NCBI GenBank assembly: GCA_041602815.1
Contig: JBFIFO010000003.1
Location: 1 to 58,334, forward strand
Source of the DNA: Alphaproteobacteria bacterium
GTDB lineage: Bacteria; Pseudomonadota; Alphaproteobacteria; UBA8366; JADFVY01
Direction of reading: 5' to 3'
Length of the DNA stretch: 58,334 nucleotides
The translations under genes and the position numbers were made by a program. Positions 10,471-19,526 of the stretch are shown here, piece after piece. Under the pieces are notes generated by a model. It saw nothing but the letters and a program-made list of their open reading frames with translations, ran no database searches and had not been told where the DNA came from. Each line of letters opens with the position of its first letter. The stretch's first letter is position 1.

Positions 10471-11762
10471 CGCCCCGCGGCGGGCGGTGTAGTTCGCTGC
10501 TCTGTGGAATTCTCTCGTTCGTCCTGTGGGCCGCTCTCGCGGCTCCTGCCTCGGGCAGCGAATTTCAACGCGTCTACGACGAGGCGGTCCAGGCCCAGCA
10601 ACGGGGCGATCTCGCAACGGCCGCGGTGAAGTTCGAAACGGCAAGCAGGATCGCGCCCGCAAGTGTCGACGTCCTGGTGCGGCTGGCCCTGGTCCGCGGG
10701 CAGCTTCGCGAATTCGACCGCGCGCTGGCCGCGGTTGACCGGGGTCTTCGCATCGCACCACGGAACACCGATCTGCGGCTGGCTCATGCCAGAATCCTGG
10801 GCTGGGCCGGCCGGTATGCAGAGGCATTGCGGACGGTGGAAGCGGTAATCGCTGAGCAGCCGCAGAACGCGGAGGCATATGCGATCAGGGGGCGCATCGC
10901 GTTCTACGAGGGCCGGCTCGATGCGGCGGACGCCGGTTTCGCGACAGCACTCAAGCTCGAACCCGGAAATGCCGAAGCTGCGGCCGGGCGGGCCGATGTC
11001 GCTCGCGCCCGGCAGGGGGCCGCACGCACGGAGCCCGCCGAGGCGGCAACCGGTAGTCCGAGGTGGCGCATCGATGCCGGTTATCTGCACAGCCGGTTCT
11101 CCCGGTTGAACCTGGATAACTGGCACGAAGGTTTCATTCGAGTAGAGCATCGCTGGCCCAGCCGAACGGCGCTCAGCCTGCGAGTCGATACCAGCAATCG
11201 TTTCGGTTCGACAGAGACCGCTGTCGGCGTCGGCATCGCGCAGCATTTCGGCGACGCCTTTACCGCCTATGCCGAGGGCTCGGTTTCGCCGGCAGCGGAC
11301 TTCCTGCCGCGATGGACGACTTCGGCGGGTGGTCGGCTGCGGGTCGCCGAAGGCGGCGGGCAGGTCGGGCCCCTACTGCTGAGTGCAGATCTCCGTCACA
11401 AGAGCTACGCGACAGGGGACATCCAGAATTTCGATCCGGGACTCGAGCTGTACGGATTCAATGGTCGGGCCTGGCTGACGGGCAGATGGATCAACGCGTT
11501 CGACCGTGAGGCCGATGTGCGCCTCGCCGGCTGGTTTGCCCGTCTCGACTGGCAGATGGCCGCGCCGTTCCGGGTGTTCGCCGGATTCAGCGACGCGCCG
11601 GAAACCGAGGCGGGCATAACCGTCGACACGCAGAGCGTATTCGGCGGCCTGGCGTTCGACGTCACTCAGAGCGTCCGCCTGAATGCCAGCGCTGCACGCG
11701 AAGATCGTGAAAATTCATACATTCGCAATGTCTTTGGTGTGTCATTGACGCTGCACTTCTGA
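10455..11762 (+). CDS. TPR-repeat + YaiO-family outer-membrane beta-barrel protein
   Basis: Signal peptide (AAPASG); several TPR-like helical repeats (ARILGWAGRYAEAL, PQNAEAY, EPGNAEA); C-terminal amphipathic strands with SPAADFLPRW and terminal ...SLTLHF (OMP C-terminal Phe). Confidence 0.8.
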   Translation: MDARLTPRGGRCSSLLCGILSFVLWAALAAPASGSEFQRVYDEAVQAQQRGDLATAAVKFETASRIAPASVDVLVRLALVRGQLREFDRALAAVDRGLRIAPRNTDLRLAHARILGWAGRYAEALRTVEAVIAEQPQNAEAYAIRGRIAFYEGRLDAADAGFATALKLEPGNAEAAAGRADVARARQGAARTEPAEAATGSPRWRIDAGYLHSRFSRLNLDNWHEGFIRVEHRWPSRTALSLRVDTSNRFGSTETAVGVGIAQHFGDAFTAYAEGSVSPAADFLPRWTTSAGGRLRVAEGGGQVGPLLLSADLRHKSYATGDIQNFDPGLELYGFNGRAWLTGRWINAFDREADVRLAGWFARLDWQMAAPFRVFAGFSDAPETEAGITVDTQSVFGGLAFDVTQSVRLNASAAREDRENSYIRNVFGVSLTLHF

Positions 11763-11802
11763 CGGCAAGGTGGCGGCCGCGATTTGTCGAAAGGGTCCGG
11801 CA

Positions 11803-12924
11803 ATGACACTCCTGGCAACAATCTGGTGGACCTCCGCCGTGCTGATGGTGGTTCCGCTGGTCATGCTGGTCACATTGATCCTTCGGCGCCTGTATCAGGA
11901 ACGCGTTGGTCGACGGCTGGCGGAGCGCAAGAAGGCGTTGACGATCTTGGCGATGATCTATTTGGAGGCGCCCGTCAACGACAAACGAATCCGGGAAATC
12001 TGCGGTAACTTCAATCTGACTGTGCTGCACAAGACTGCGAGCGGGCTGGTTCAGGGAAGGCGCCGGAAAGCCCAGCTGCGCATCGATCTTCGCTTGCTCC
12101 GCGACATCATTCAGGATCTTCTGGGATCGGTCCGTGGCGAAACCCGGGAACGGCTCGTCAATCTGCTGCGGACCACGTCGGCGCGACAGATTTGCCTGGC
12201 TGATCTGCGCAATCGCCGTGTCGACACGCGGATCAGCGCCATTGAGACGCTTACGCTCATCCCGGATCCGGAGGTCATCGACGCATTGCGCACCATGCTG
12301 GATGATCCAGAGCCCGATGTTCGCCTCGTCGCTGCGCGCAGCCTTGTCGCTCTCGGGCCGAATCTGACACTGGATGACCTCGTCGGAAAGCTGGATATCG
12401 GCGGCACGATCCGCTCGCGGATGCTTCGCGAAATCTTCCGCACCTTCGCGTCCTACAACGCCGCGGACCTAATGCTCCTGCTGGACCGCAATCCGCCGGA
12501 CCTTACCGCCGCACTCGCCATTTATGGCCTCGGGACGGCGCAGGATTACGGCGCCGTCTCAGTCATTGCCAACTGCGCCAGCTGGCCGTCGATCGATGTT
12601 CGCGCCGAAGCCATGCGCGCCCTCGCCGCCATTGGCCATCCTGGCGCGGAGCCGGCGGTCCTCCAGGCGCTGCAGGACGACGCCTGGGAAGTGCGCACCG
12701 AGGCCGCGATCTGCGCCGGAAGCATTCCGTTGCCGAGCGCCGTGCCGCTTCTGCGCGAGCGGCTCGAGGATATCGAGTGGTGGCCCCGATTCCGTGCCGC
12801 CGAGGCCTTGCGCTCGATCGGAAATGCGGGTCGAAGGGCGTTGGAGGCCGCCCGGCTGGGGAGCGGACGATCTGCCAGCATTGCCGACATGATCCTGGCC
12901 GAGGAGAGGGCCGCGGCGGCATGA
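11803..12924 (+). CDS. Membrane-anchored HEAT-repeat protein
   Basis: N-terminal TM helix; HEAT/PBS-like repeats LDDPEPDVRLVAARSL, SIDVRAEAMRAL, LQDDAWEVRTEAAICAG, LEDIEWWPRFRAAEAL. Its stop overlaps the GT2 start (ATGA at 12921-12924). Confidence 0.85.
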   Translation: MTLLATIWWTSAVLMVVPLVMLVTLILRRLYQERVGRRLAERKKALTILAMIYLEAPVNDKRIREICGNFNLTVLHKTASGLVQGRRRKAQLRIDLRLLRDIIQDLLGSVRGETRERLVNLLRTTSARQICLADLRNRRVDTRISAIETLTLIPDPEVIDALRTMLDDPEPDVRLVAARSLVALGPNLTLDDLVGKLDIGGTIRSRMLREIFRTFASYNAADLMLLLDRNPPDLTAALAIYGLGTAQDYGAVSVIANCASWPSIDVRAEAMRALAAIGHPGAEPAVLQALQDDAWEVRTEAAICAGSIPLPSAVPLLRERLEDIEWWPRFRAAEALRSIGNAGRRALEAARLGSGRSASIADMILAEERAAAA

Positions 12925-14375
12925 ATGTCGACTCCCTCCTCGCCAACGATGCACTGTCCTCGTATCTCGCGGCGACGGCTTGGTGGGCCAGCGTCATCAT
13001 CCTTTGCACGATGTTTCTGCAGAACCTGCTCTACATGCTGCAGCTGCTGCTTGCGTTCAATGTATTGCGGCGTTGGCGTTTCGTTCCCAATGCCGTTCGC
13101 GCGTGGCGTCAGCTGAGCGACACGTCGTTGCCGATTTCCCTGCTGGTGCCGGCCTACAACGAGGAAGCGACGGTCGTGGCCAACGTACGGTCGATGTTGG
13201 CACTGCATTATCCGCGGTTCGAAATCATCGTGATCAACGACGGCTCCAACGATGCCACACTGCAGACACTGATCGACAATTACGATTTGCGGCCCATCGT
13301 CCGGGTTTACGAGGAAGAAGTTCCGCATCGCCCCATCAAGGGGCTCTATGGATCACCGAATTACCCGAACCTCATCGTTGTGGACAAGGAGAACGGTGGC
13401 AAGGCCGACGCCCTCAACGCCGGGATCAACCTTTGCCGGCTGCCGATGTTCTGTGTCGTTGATGCCGACTCGATCCTGGAGGCGGATTCGCTGCTGCGAG
13501 CGGTGCAGCCGTTCTCCGAGGACCCGGACCGCGTTATCGCGGTAGGGGGAACGATTCGACTCGCCAACGGGAGCGGTGTGCACGGCGGCCGCGTGGTTTC
13601 GGTGGGTCTCCCCAACAAGCTGCTGCCGTTGTTCCAGGTCGTCGAATACCTCCGTGCGTTTCTCATGGCGCGCCTCGCGTGGAGCGAAATCAACGCACTG
13701 ATGCTGATATCCGGCGCATTCGGAATCTTCAAGCGCAGTGCTGCGGTGGCCGCGGGCGGGTACTCGTACGGCACCGTTGGCGAGGATATGGAGATCATCG
13801 TCAAGCTGCACCGCTACATGCGCGAAAAGGGCGAGGACTACGTCATTCGCTTCGTGCCCGATCCGGTGTGCTGGACGGAGGCGCCGGAGACCTTGCGCGT
13901 CCTGGGCCTCCAGCGCAAACGCTGGCAGCGCGGGGCGCTCGAAACGTTCTTCAAGCACATCCGCATGCTTTTCAACCCGCGCTACGGCGTGGTCGGGATG
14001 GTGGGGTTCCCGTACATCCTCTTGCTCGATGTGATCGGGCCTCCGGTTGAACTGCTCGGATATTTCCTCATTCCGATATTGTGGTATTTCGGATTCCTGA
14101 GTCCGGAATTCTTCGCCGCATTTCTGGCGCTGACCTTCGCATGGGGCGTAACCATCAGCGTCGGCACGCTGGTGCTGGAAGAAATGGAGCTGAAACGATT
14201 TCCGAAGACGCGACATCTGGCGTTGCTCGGATTCATCGCCGTTCTGGAGAATTTCGGATACCGCCAGATAAACAATTTCTTCCGGGTCGCCGGGTACTGG
14301 CAGTACCTGCGCGGCAACAAGGAATGGGGCCGGATGACCCGTGCCGGCTTCCAGCAGGCGCACACGAAGGAATGA
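12921..14375 (+). CDS. Processive glycosyltransferase family 2 (PgaC/IcaA/cellulose-synthase-like)
   Basis: SLLVPAYNEE, INDGSND, KENGGKADALN, VDADS (DxD), VGEDME, QRKRW (QxxRW); N- and C-terminal TM helices; GAGG-rich RBS before ATG 12921. Confidence 0.9.
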   Translation: MNVDSLLANDALSSYLAATAWWASVIILCTMFLQNLLYMLQLLLAFNVLRRWRFVPNAVRAWRQLSDTSLPISLLVPAYNEEATVVANVRSMLALHYPRFEIIVINDGSNDATLQTLIDNYDLRPIVRVYEEEVPHRPIKGLYGSPNYPNLIVVDKENGGKADALNAGINLCRLPMFCVVDADSILEADSLLRAVQPFSEDPDRVIAVGGTIRLANGSGVHGGRVVSVGLPNKLLPLFQVVEYLRAFLMARLAWSEINALMLISGAFGIFKRSAAVAAGGYSYGTVGEDMEIIVKLHRYMREKGEDYVIRFVPDPVCWTEAPETLRVLGLQRKRWQRGALETFFKHIRMLFNPRYGVVGMVGFPYILLLDVIGPPVELLGYFLIPILWYFGFLSPEFFAAFLALTFAWGVTISVGTLVLEEMELKRFPKTRHLALLGFIAVLENFGYRQINNFFRVAGYWQYLRGNKEWGRMTRAGFQQAHTKE

Positions 14376-14570
14376 CGTGATGCCGCGCTATGTGCACTGT
14401 TGGCCAAGTCCGGTTGGCAAGGTCGCGGGGTCGGCTCGGTGGCGGCGCGGGAAGGTCAGAAGCTCGCTTCGCGACCTTGCCGATCGGACGCAGCGGCCGG
14501 GCTCCCACCTGCCGATGCTGCGCATGAAGGCCGGCGCGTTGTGCCGCCTGAAACAGCTACGTGCAGAGGA

Positions 14571-17500
14571 GTGACGGCGGCCGTGCGTATCGTAAAATCA
14601 ATCAACAGCAAGTTCCTCCTGGTCACGCTGCCCTTTGTGTTCCTGTCCTCGATGGCGACGATTTTCGCGGTTGGAACGTTGCAGGTGCGCTGGGAAGAGG
14701 AGCATCTGCGAGACTTGATGCGGAGTCATGCTCGGACCCACAGCGAGACACTGGCTGCCCATATGCGTAGCAGCGATACCTACACCACCCGAATCATGCT
14801 GTCGTACGCTCTCTCCGACATCATCGCGGCGTCGCAGGTCAAGCGGGTCGTCCTCCTGAACGCGGCTGGCGAAGTGCTTTTTGCCGCCGGACAGTTGCGC
14901 GAGAGCTCCGACCGGTCCCTGTCCGTCGAGATACCTATTGTCACCGACGAGGATCGCGTCCCGCGCGAACTGGGACGATTGCAGATTTTCGCAGACGGCA
15001 TCGACCCCGGACCGATTCTCATCGAGAATACGGTCAACTATTCGATTCTGCTGGTCATCGTCATGGCCTCGATTATCGCCAGCATCGCACTGACCACCCA
15101 TTACGTGGTCAACCGCCCGCTCGGACAGTTCCTCGCAGCGGTTCGAACCTCCCAACCTCTTGCCAAACGGCAATCGGCGGCCTTCAGCCCGCCAGATGAG
15201 TTGGGTGAAGTGATCGACGCCTACAACGTAATGATGCAACAACGATTGGCCGACGAAGAGACGCTGCAACAGAACGAGCATCGCCTGCGTTCTATTCTCG
15301 AATCGAGCCCGCTCGGCATTTCCATTGTCACCCTACAAGGTACACCCCTGTACGCGAACGCGCGAATCCTGCAGATGCTCGGCCTCTCCCGCGATGAGTT
15401 CTTCCGCTCAAACGCGAGAGATTTTTATGTCAATCCAGGCGATCGGGACGAAATCGTCGAAATTCTGCAGACCGGTCAGGGCGTCGAAGATGTCGAGGTC
15501 CATCTTCGGCGCAAAGGAGGCTCGCCCTTCTGGGCACTGCTTTCGTTCATGCCGACGGATCTTTACAAGGGCGAGTGTTTCCTCGTCTGGCTCTACGACA
15601 TCAACGAGCGGCGCCTGATCGAGGATGAGCTGCATGCGAGTCGGGAGCTCCTGGAAGAGCAGGCGAACGAGCTTCGCGACCTGGCCGACACCTTTGCCGT
15701 GCAGAAATCCCGTGCCGAACAGGCAACCGCGGCGAAGAGCGAGTTCCTCGCCAACATGAGCCACGAGATCCGTACGCCGATGAACGCCATTCTCGGGTTG
15801 ATCGACCTGACAATGCAGACGGAACTCACCGCAGAACAGGCGAACAATCTCGCCAAGACCCGGACCGCAGCCCGTTCGCTCCTGGAAGTCATCAACAACA
15901 TTCTCGATATCTCGAAAATTGAGACAGGGAAATTGGAGCTCGAATCGGCGCCGTTCGACCTTAACGATACGCTCAGCGGCGTTTCGACGATGCTGGCAAC
16001 CGAGGCCGAACGCAAGCAGCTTGATCTGTTCTTCGTCACTGCGCCGGACGTTCCGAGATTCCTGGTTGGCGATACGCTACATCTCGGACAGGTTCTCCTG
16101 AACCTCACCAACAATGCGGTCAAGTTTACCGAAGTCGGCAGCATCGAGCTGCGTATCTGGGTCGAGGAGCGGCAGACCGGCTCGGTGACGCTGGGCTTTT
16201 CCGTGACGGACACGGGAATCGGCATCAGCGAGGACGTGCAGCCGGGACTATTCAAACCGTTCGTTCAGGCCGACGGTTCGACGACGAGGAAATACGGCGG
16301 CAGCGGTCTGGGACTTGTCATTTCGCGGCGCATCGTCGAACTCATGGGCGGGACGATCGTTCTCGAGAGTCGACCGGGCAAGGGCAGTACTTTCAGCTTT
16401 ACCGCCCGGTTTGGCCTGCAAGAGATGGATCGGACACCGGCCCCGCCGCCGGCGCGTGCGCCAAATGTCCTTCTGATCGCAAGCAGCCGTGAGACCCGTC
16501 GAATCCTTCCGGACGCGCTCGCAGCCTGGGGTATGACGGTTCATTCGGCGAATTCGACGACGACGGCCCTGGCAGAGATCGACCGGCTGGCGCAGATCGG
16601 CGATCCGAGCATCGACGTTCTGTTGTTCGACTGCAAGGTCCAGGGAACGAACTGCGTCGAAGCGGCGCGCAAGATCATGGATGAACGCAAGCTCGGGTCG
16701 GCGGCGACGGTCTTCCTGCTGCATGGCCAGCACCACGAGGAACTGCGTACGAACGCCGAGAATCTGGAGTTGTGTGAGTTTGTCGCCAAGCCCGTGCACG
16801 TGCAGGTGCTGGTTGACAGCATCCGCGGCGTGGCGCGACAGGATGACGCCGAGGGAAAGCCGGCGGCCGAGCATGCAGCACCGGCCATGAACCAGTTGCG
16901 GGCAGAGCTGCAAGGTGCCCGGATTCTCCTTGTCGAGGACAACGAGATCAATCAGGAGGTCAGCCAGGCTGTTCTCAAGCGGGTTGGGCTACTCGTCGAA
17001 ACCGCGAACAATGGCAGGGAAGCAGTCGACGCGGTCATTGCCGACGCAACGCGGTTCGATGCGGTACTGATGGATGTGCAAATGCCAGAGATGGATGGGC
17101 TGCAGGCCACCCGGGCAATCCGGGAACATCCGGGTTTTGCCGAGTTGCCGATCATCGCGATGACCGCACACGCGTTTGCCGAGCAACGGCGCGATTGCCT
17201 CGATGCGGGCATGAACGACCACATTCCGAAGCCGGTCGAACCGGCCCGCCTGGTTGCTGCGCTCAACAAATGGATCAGGCCTGGCGGCAGCGCATCGGAA
17301 GAACCAGCGAACGAAGCACCGGCGGATGCGGCCGAGGATGGCACCCCCGGTCCCGACGAGCTTCCCGGTATCGACGTCGCCGGCGCCCTCGAGCGGCTCG
17401 ACGTCACGAGGGAATTCTTCGACATGCTGCTCAAGAAATTCCACAGCAGGCACGAGGGCGTGGGCATCGAAATCCAGGATGCGTTCGCCCGGTCCGACCT

Positions 17501-17702
17501 GCGGCGCGTTGAGGAAATCGCGCACCTCTTGAAAGGGATGGCGGGCAATCTTTCGGCCAATGATCTGTCGGCAGCGGCGGAACGCGTCGAGGCGGCGGCC
17601 CGCGACGAGGACGCGGAGCATCTGCCCGAACTGTTGGCGCGCCTGCAAACCGCTCTCGCCCCGGTCCTCGAGTCGGCCTCGCGAGCCGGCAGCGATTCCT
17701 GA
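14571..17702 (+). CDS. Hybrid sensor histidine kinase (TM-periplasmic-TM-HAMP-PAS-HisKA-HATPase-REC-REC-Hpt)
   Basis: KSEFLANMSHEIRTPMN, NLTNNAVKFT, DTGIGI, FVQADGSTTRKYGGSGLGL, a degenerate REC1, REC2 with LLVEDN/DVQMPEMDG/HIPKP, Hpt IAHLLKGMAGNL. Start uncertain (GTG 14571 or 14583). Confidence 0.92.
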   Translation: MTAAVRIVKSINSKFLLVTLPFVFLSSMATIFAVGTLQVRWEEEHLRDLMRSHARTHSETLAAHMRSSDTYTTRIMLSYALSDIIAASQVKRVVLLNAAGEVLFAAGQLRESSDRSLSVEIPIVTDEDRVPRELGRLQIFADGIDPGPILIENTVNYSILLVIVMASIIASIALTTHYVVNRPLGQFLAAVRTSQPLAKRQSAAFSPPDELGEVIDAYNVMMQQRLADEETLQQNEHRLRSILESSPLGISIVTLQGTPLYANARILQMLGLSRDEFFRSNARDFYVNPGDRDEIVEILQTGQGVEDVEVHLRRKGGSPFWALLSFMPTDLYKGECFLVWLYDINERRLIEDELHASRELLEEQANELRDLADTFAVQKSRAEQATAAKSEFLANMSHEIRTPMNAILGLIDLTMQTELTAEQANNLAKTRTAARSLLEVINNILDISKIETGKLELESAPFDLNDTLSGVSTMLATEAERKQLDLFFVTAPDVPRFLVGDTLHLGQVLLNLTNNAVKFTEVGSIELRIWVEERQTGSVTLGFSVTDTGIGISEDVQPGLFKPFVQADGSTTRKYGGSGLGLVISRRIVELMGGTIVLESRPGKGSTFSFTARFGLQEMDRTPAPPPARAPNVLLIASSRETRRILPDALAAWGMTVHSANSTTTALAEIDRLAQIGDPSIDVLLFDCKVQGTNCVEAARKIMDERKLGSAATVFLLHGQHHEELRTNAENLELCEFVAKPVHVQVLVDSIRGVARQDDAEGKPAAEHAAPAMNQLRAELQGARILLVEDNEINQEVSQAVLKRVGLLVETANNGREAVDAVIADATRFDAVLMDVQMPEMDGLQATRAIREHPGFAELPIIAMTAHAFAEQRRDCLDAGMNDHIPKPVEPARLVAALNKWIRPGGSASEEPANEAPADAAEDGTPGPDELPGIDVAGALERLDVTREFFDMLLKKFHSRHEGVGIEIQDAFARSDLRRVEEIAHLLKGMAGNLSANDLSAAAERVEAAARDEDAEHLPELLARLQTALAPVLESASRAGSDS

Positions 17703-17871
17703 CATTCGGTCGTCAACCGTGCGAGGCCTGCACCGCGGCAGGTGACATCGCGCCTGCGGCCGTATCAGGGCTCTCCACGTCCCGTCTTGACATCGACCGG
17801 TCAAGCGCTGGCAACATGCCAGCCTGGCTTTCCCGGCGTGGCGCTGCGCCGGCAACAAGGAGGATCAACGC

Positions 17872-18117
17872 ATGCGTGCAGTGATAGCAGCGGCAATCAT
17901 GATGACGGGAACGGCACTGGCGGCAAGTCCCGCCGGGGCGCAGCAACCCGTGAAGGGCCAGGATGCGGTCGCCATTGTGCAGGGCGGCCAGATTCGGGCT
18001 TCGTCCAGCGAGGGGTTTCAGGGATTCCTGCTGTTGATCGAATATCGGGGCGTGAACTATACCTGCGCCGTGACGGCGGGCGGACAGGTACAGACCTGTT
18101 ATCCGCTTTACTGGTAG
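17872..18117 (+). CDS. Small secreted hypothetical protein
   Basis: Strong RBS AAGGAGGA; signal-peptide-like N-terminus (…TALA…AGA); mature part with two Cys (YTC...QTC). Confidence 0.65.
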   Translation: MRAVIAAAIMMTGTALAASPAGAQQPVKGQDAVAIVQGGQIRASSSEGFQGFLLLIEYRGVNYTCAVTAGGQVQTCYPLYW

Positions 18118-18205
18118 AAACACAACAGGGGACTCGCGGGGCGATGCCACGACCTGCACCGGTGAATGCGGACGGCAGTCGATTCCCCGTCCCGCCGGGG
18201 ATATC

Positions 18206-18850
18206 GTGCGGAAACTGAGGTTTGCACTCTGGTTCGCCGTGGCGACGGCGATTGCGCTGTTTGCGGCGCTTCAGTTCATTAGCAGACTGACGCCCCAGCC
18301 GGTCGGAGAGGCGGAACAGGCGCGCACGGCCGAAGAGATCGGCCGCGAGATCGTCACTGGCGAATTCTCGCTTGTCGACGGGCAGGGCAAACCGGTTTCG
18401 GATATCGATTTCCGCGGCTCGTGGCTGCTGATCTTCTTCGGGTACACCCACTGCCCGGATGTCTGCCCGACCACCCTGGGCTCCGTTGCACTGGTCTTGG
18501 ACGAGCTTGGCAGCGACGCCGAGTCGCTGCAGCCGCTCTTCATAACGGTGGATCCCGCCCGCGACTCGCCCGATGTGGTGCGGGAATACGCTGCTGCGTT
18601 CCATCCGAAAATCATCGGCCTGACGGGCAGCGAGCAACAAGTGGCAGCAGCGGCCCGATCGCATCGGGCCTATTATGCAAGGGCCACAGCGTCGAATGGC
18701 ACGTCGGCGGACGCCGACGATTACGCCATGGATCACTCTGCCCATCTCTTCCTGATGGATCCTGACGGTGTCTACGCCACAGCCTTTTCCCAGACGACCA
18801 CAGTCGAGGCCATGGTCCGGATTATCCGTGAGCGAATGACCGGAGATTAG
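18206..18850 (+). CDS. SCO1/SenC family copper chaperone
   Basis: FFGYTHCPDVCPTTL (CxxxC), FITVDPARD, IIGLTGS, YAMDHSA (His ligand); N-terminal TM. Confidence 0.93.
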   Translation: MRKLRFALWFAVATAIALFAALQFISRLTPQPVGEAEQARTAEEIGREIVTGEFSLVDGQGKPVSDIDFRGSWLLIFFGYTHCPDVCPTTLGSVALVLDELGSDAESLQPLFITVDPARDSPDVVREYAAAFHPKIIGLTGSEQQVAAAARSHRAYYARATASNGTSADADDYAMDHSAHLFLMDPDGVYATAFSQTTTVEAMVRIIRERMTGD

Positions 18851-19079
18851 CGGGGACGGGTGCTTTCCCGGCAATTCGATATCGGTCTGCGCCGAGTCGC
18901 ACGCCCGACAGGATTCCGGCCGATATCCGCAGCAAATTTCACCTTCTGCGGTGCGGCGGATCGACGCAAGAACCTTGCCGGCGGCAGTCTCGCACACGGC
19001 TGGCTGAATCCGGCGCATACCGCTGTTTCGGGGCGGCAGGCGATGGGTCGGCTTTGTCCGCCGTCGAAGGCGCCAAGCT

Positions 19080-19526
19080 GAAAATTATTGAGTATTCACA
19101 ATAAGTTAATCTAAATTGCATGCAACCCGGCCCGCCAGCCAAGTTAACTACTTCCGAGAACCTGCGCCAGGATTTTCCCTTTTTAATATTCCCATCATAT
19201 CGTAATATCGTATTGCAGAAATGCCGCGCCCGAATCAGAGACTAACCTCTGAAATAGAGTTCCAATGATACGCCGAAGTCTGCGATTTATTGGAGGTGCA
19301 AAATGAAAATCACATGAAAGCAAATCCCATCTCTACTGGAAATATGAGAAAAGACTTTACAGTTTTTCTTGTGCGGGGGTAGGATTTCAAAAATCCGTTG
19401 GTACGCAGGGGGTTAAAGTCGAATTTCAGTGGAGGTGAAATCAAGATTACTTTCCTTGCACGACAATGGGGCTGCCGGCGGGGAAAGTAAACCGGGACCG
19501 ACAGGGTTTATTGAAGGCAGGGTGAC
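19080..19526. promoter_or_regulatory. AT-rich regulatory region upstream of the PilZ-methyltransferase
   Basis: Visibly much more AT-rich than its flanks. Contains tandem ATATCGTA x2 (19197-19212), an imperfect inverted repeat AGAAAAGACT-TTAC-AGTTTTTCT (19347-19369) and several TTAA half-sites. Confidence 0.55.
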
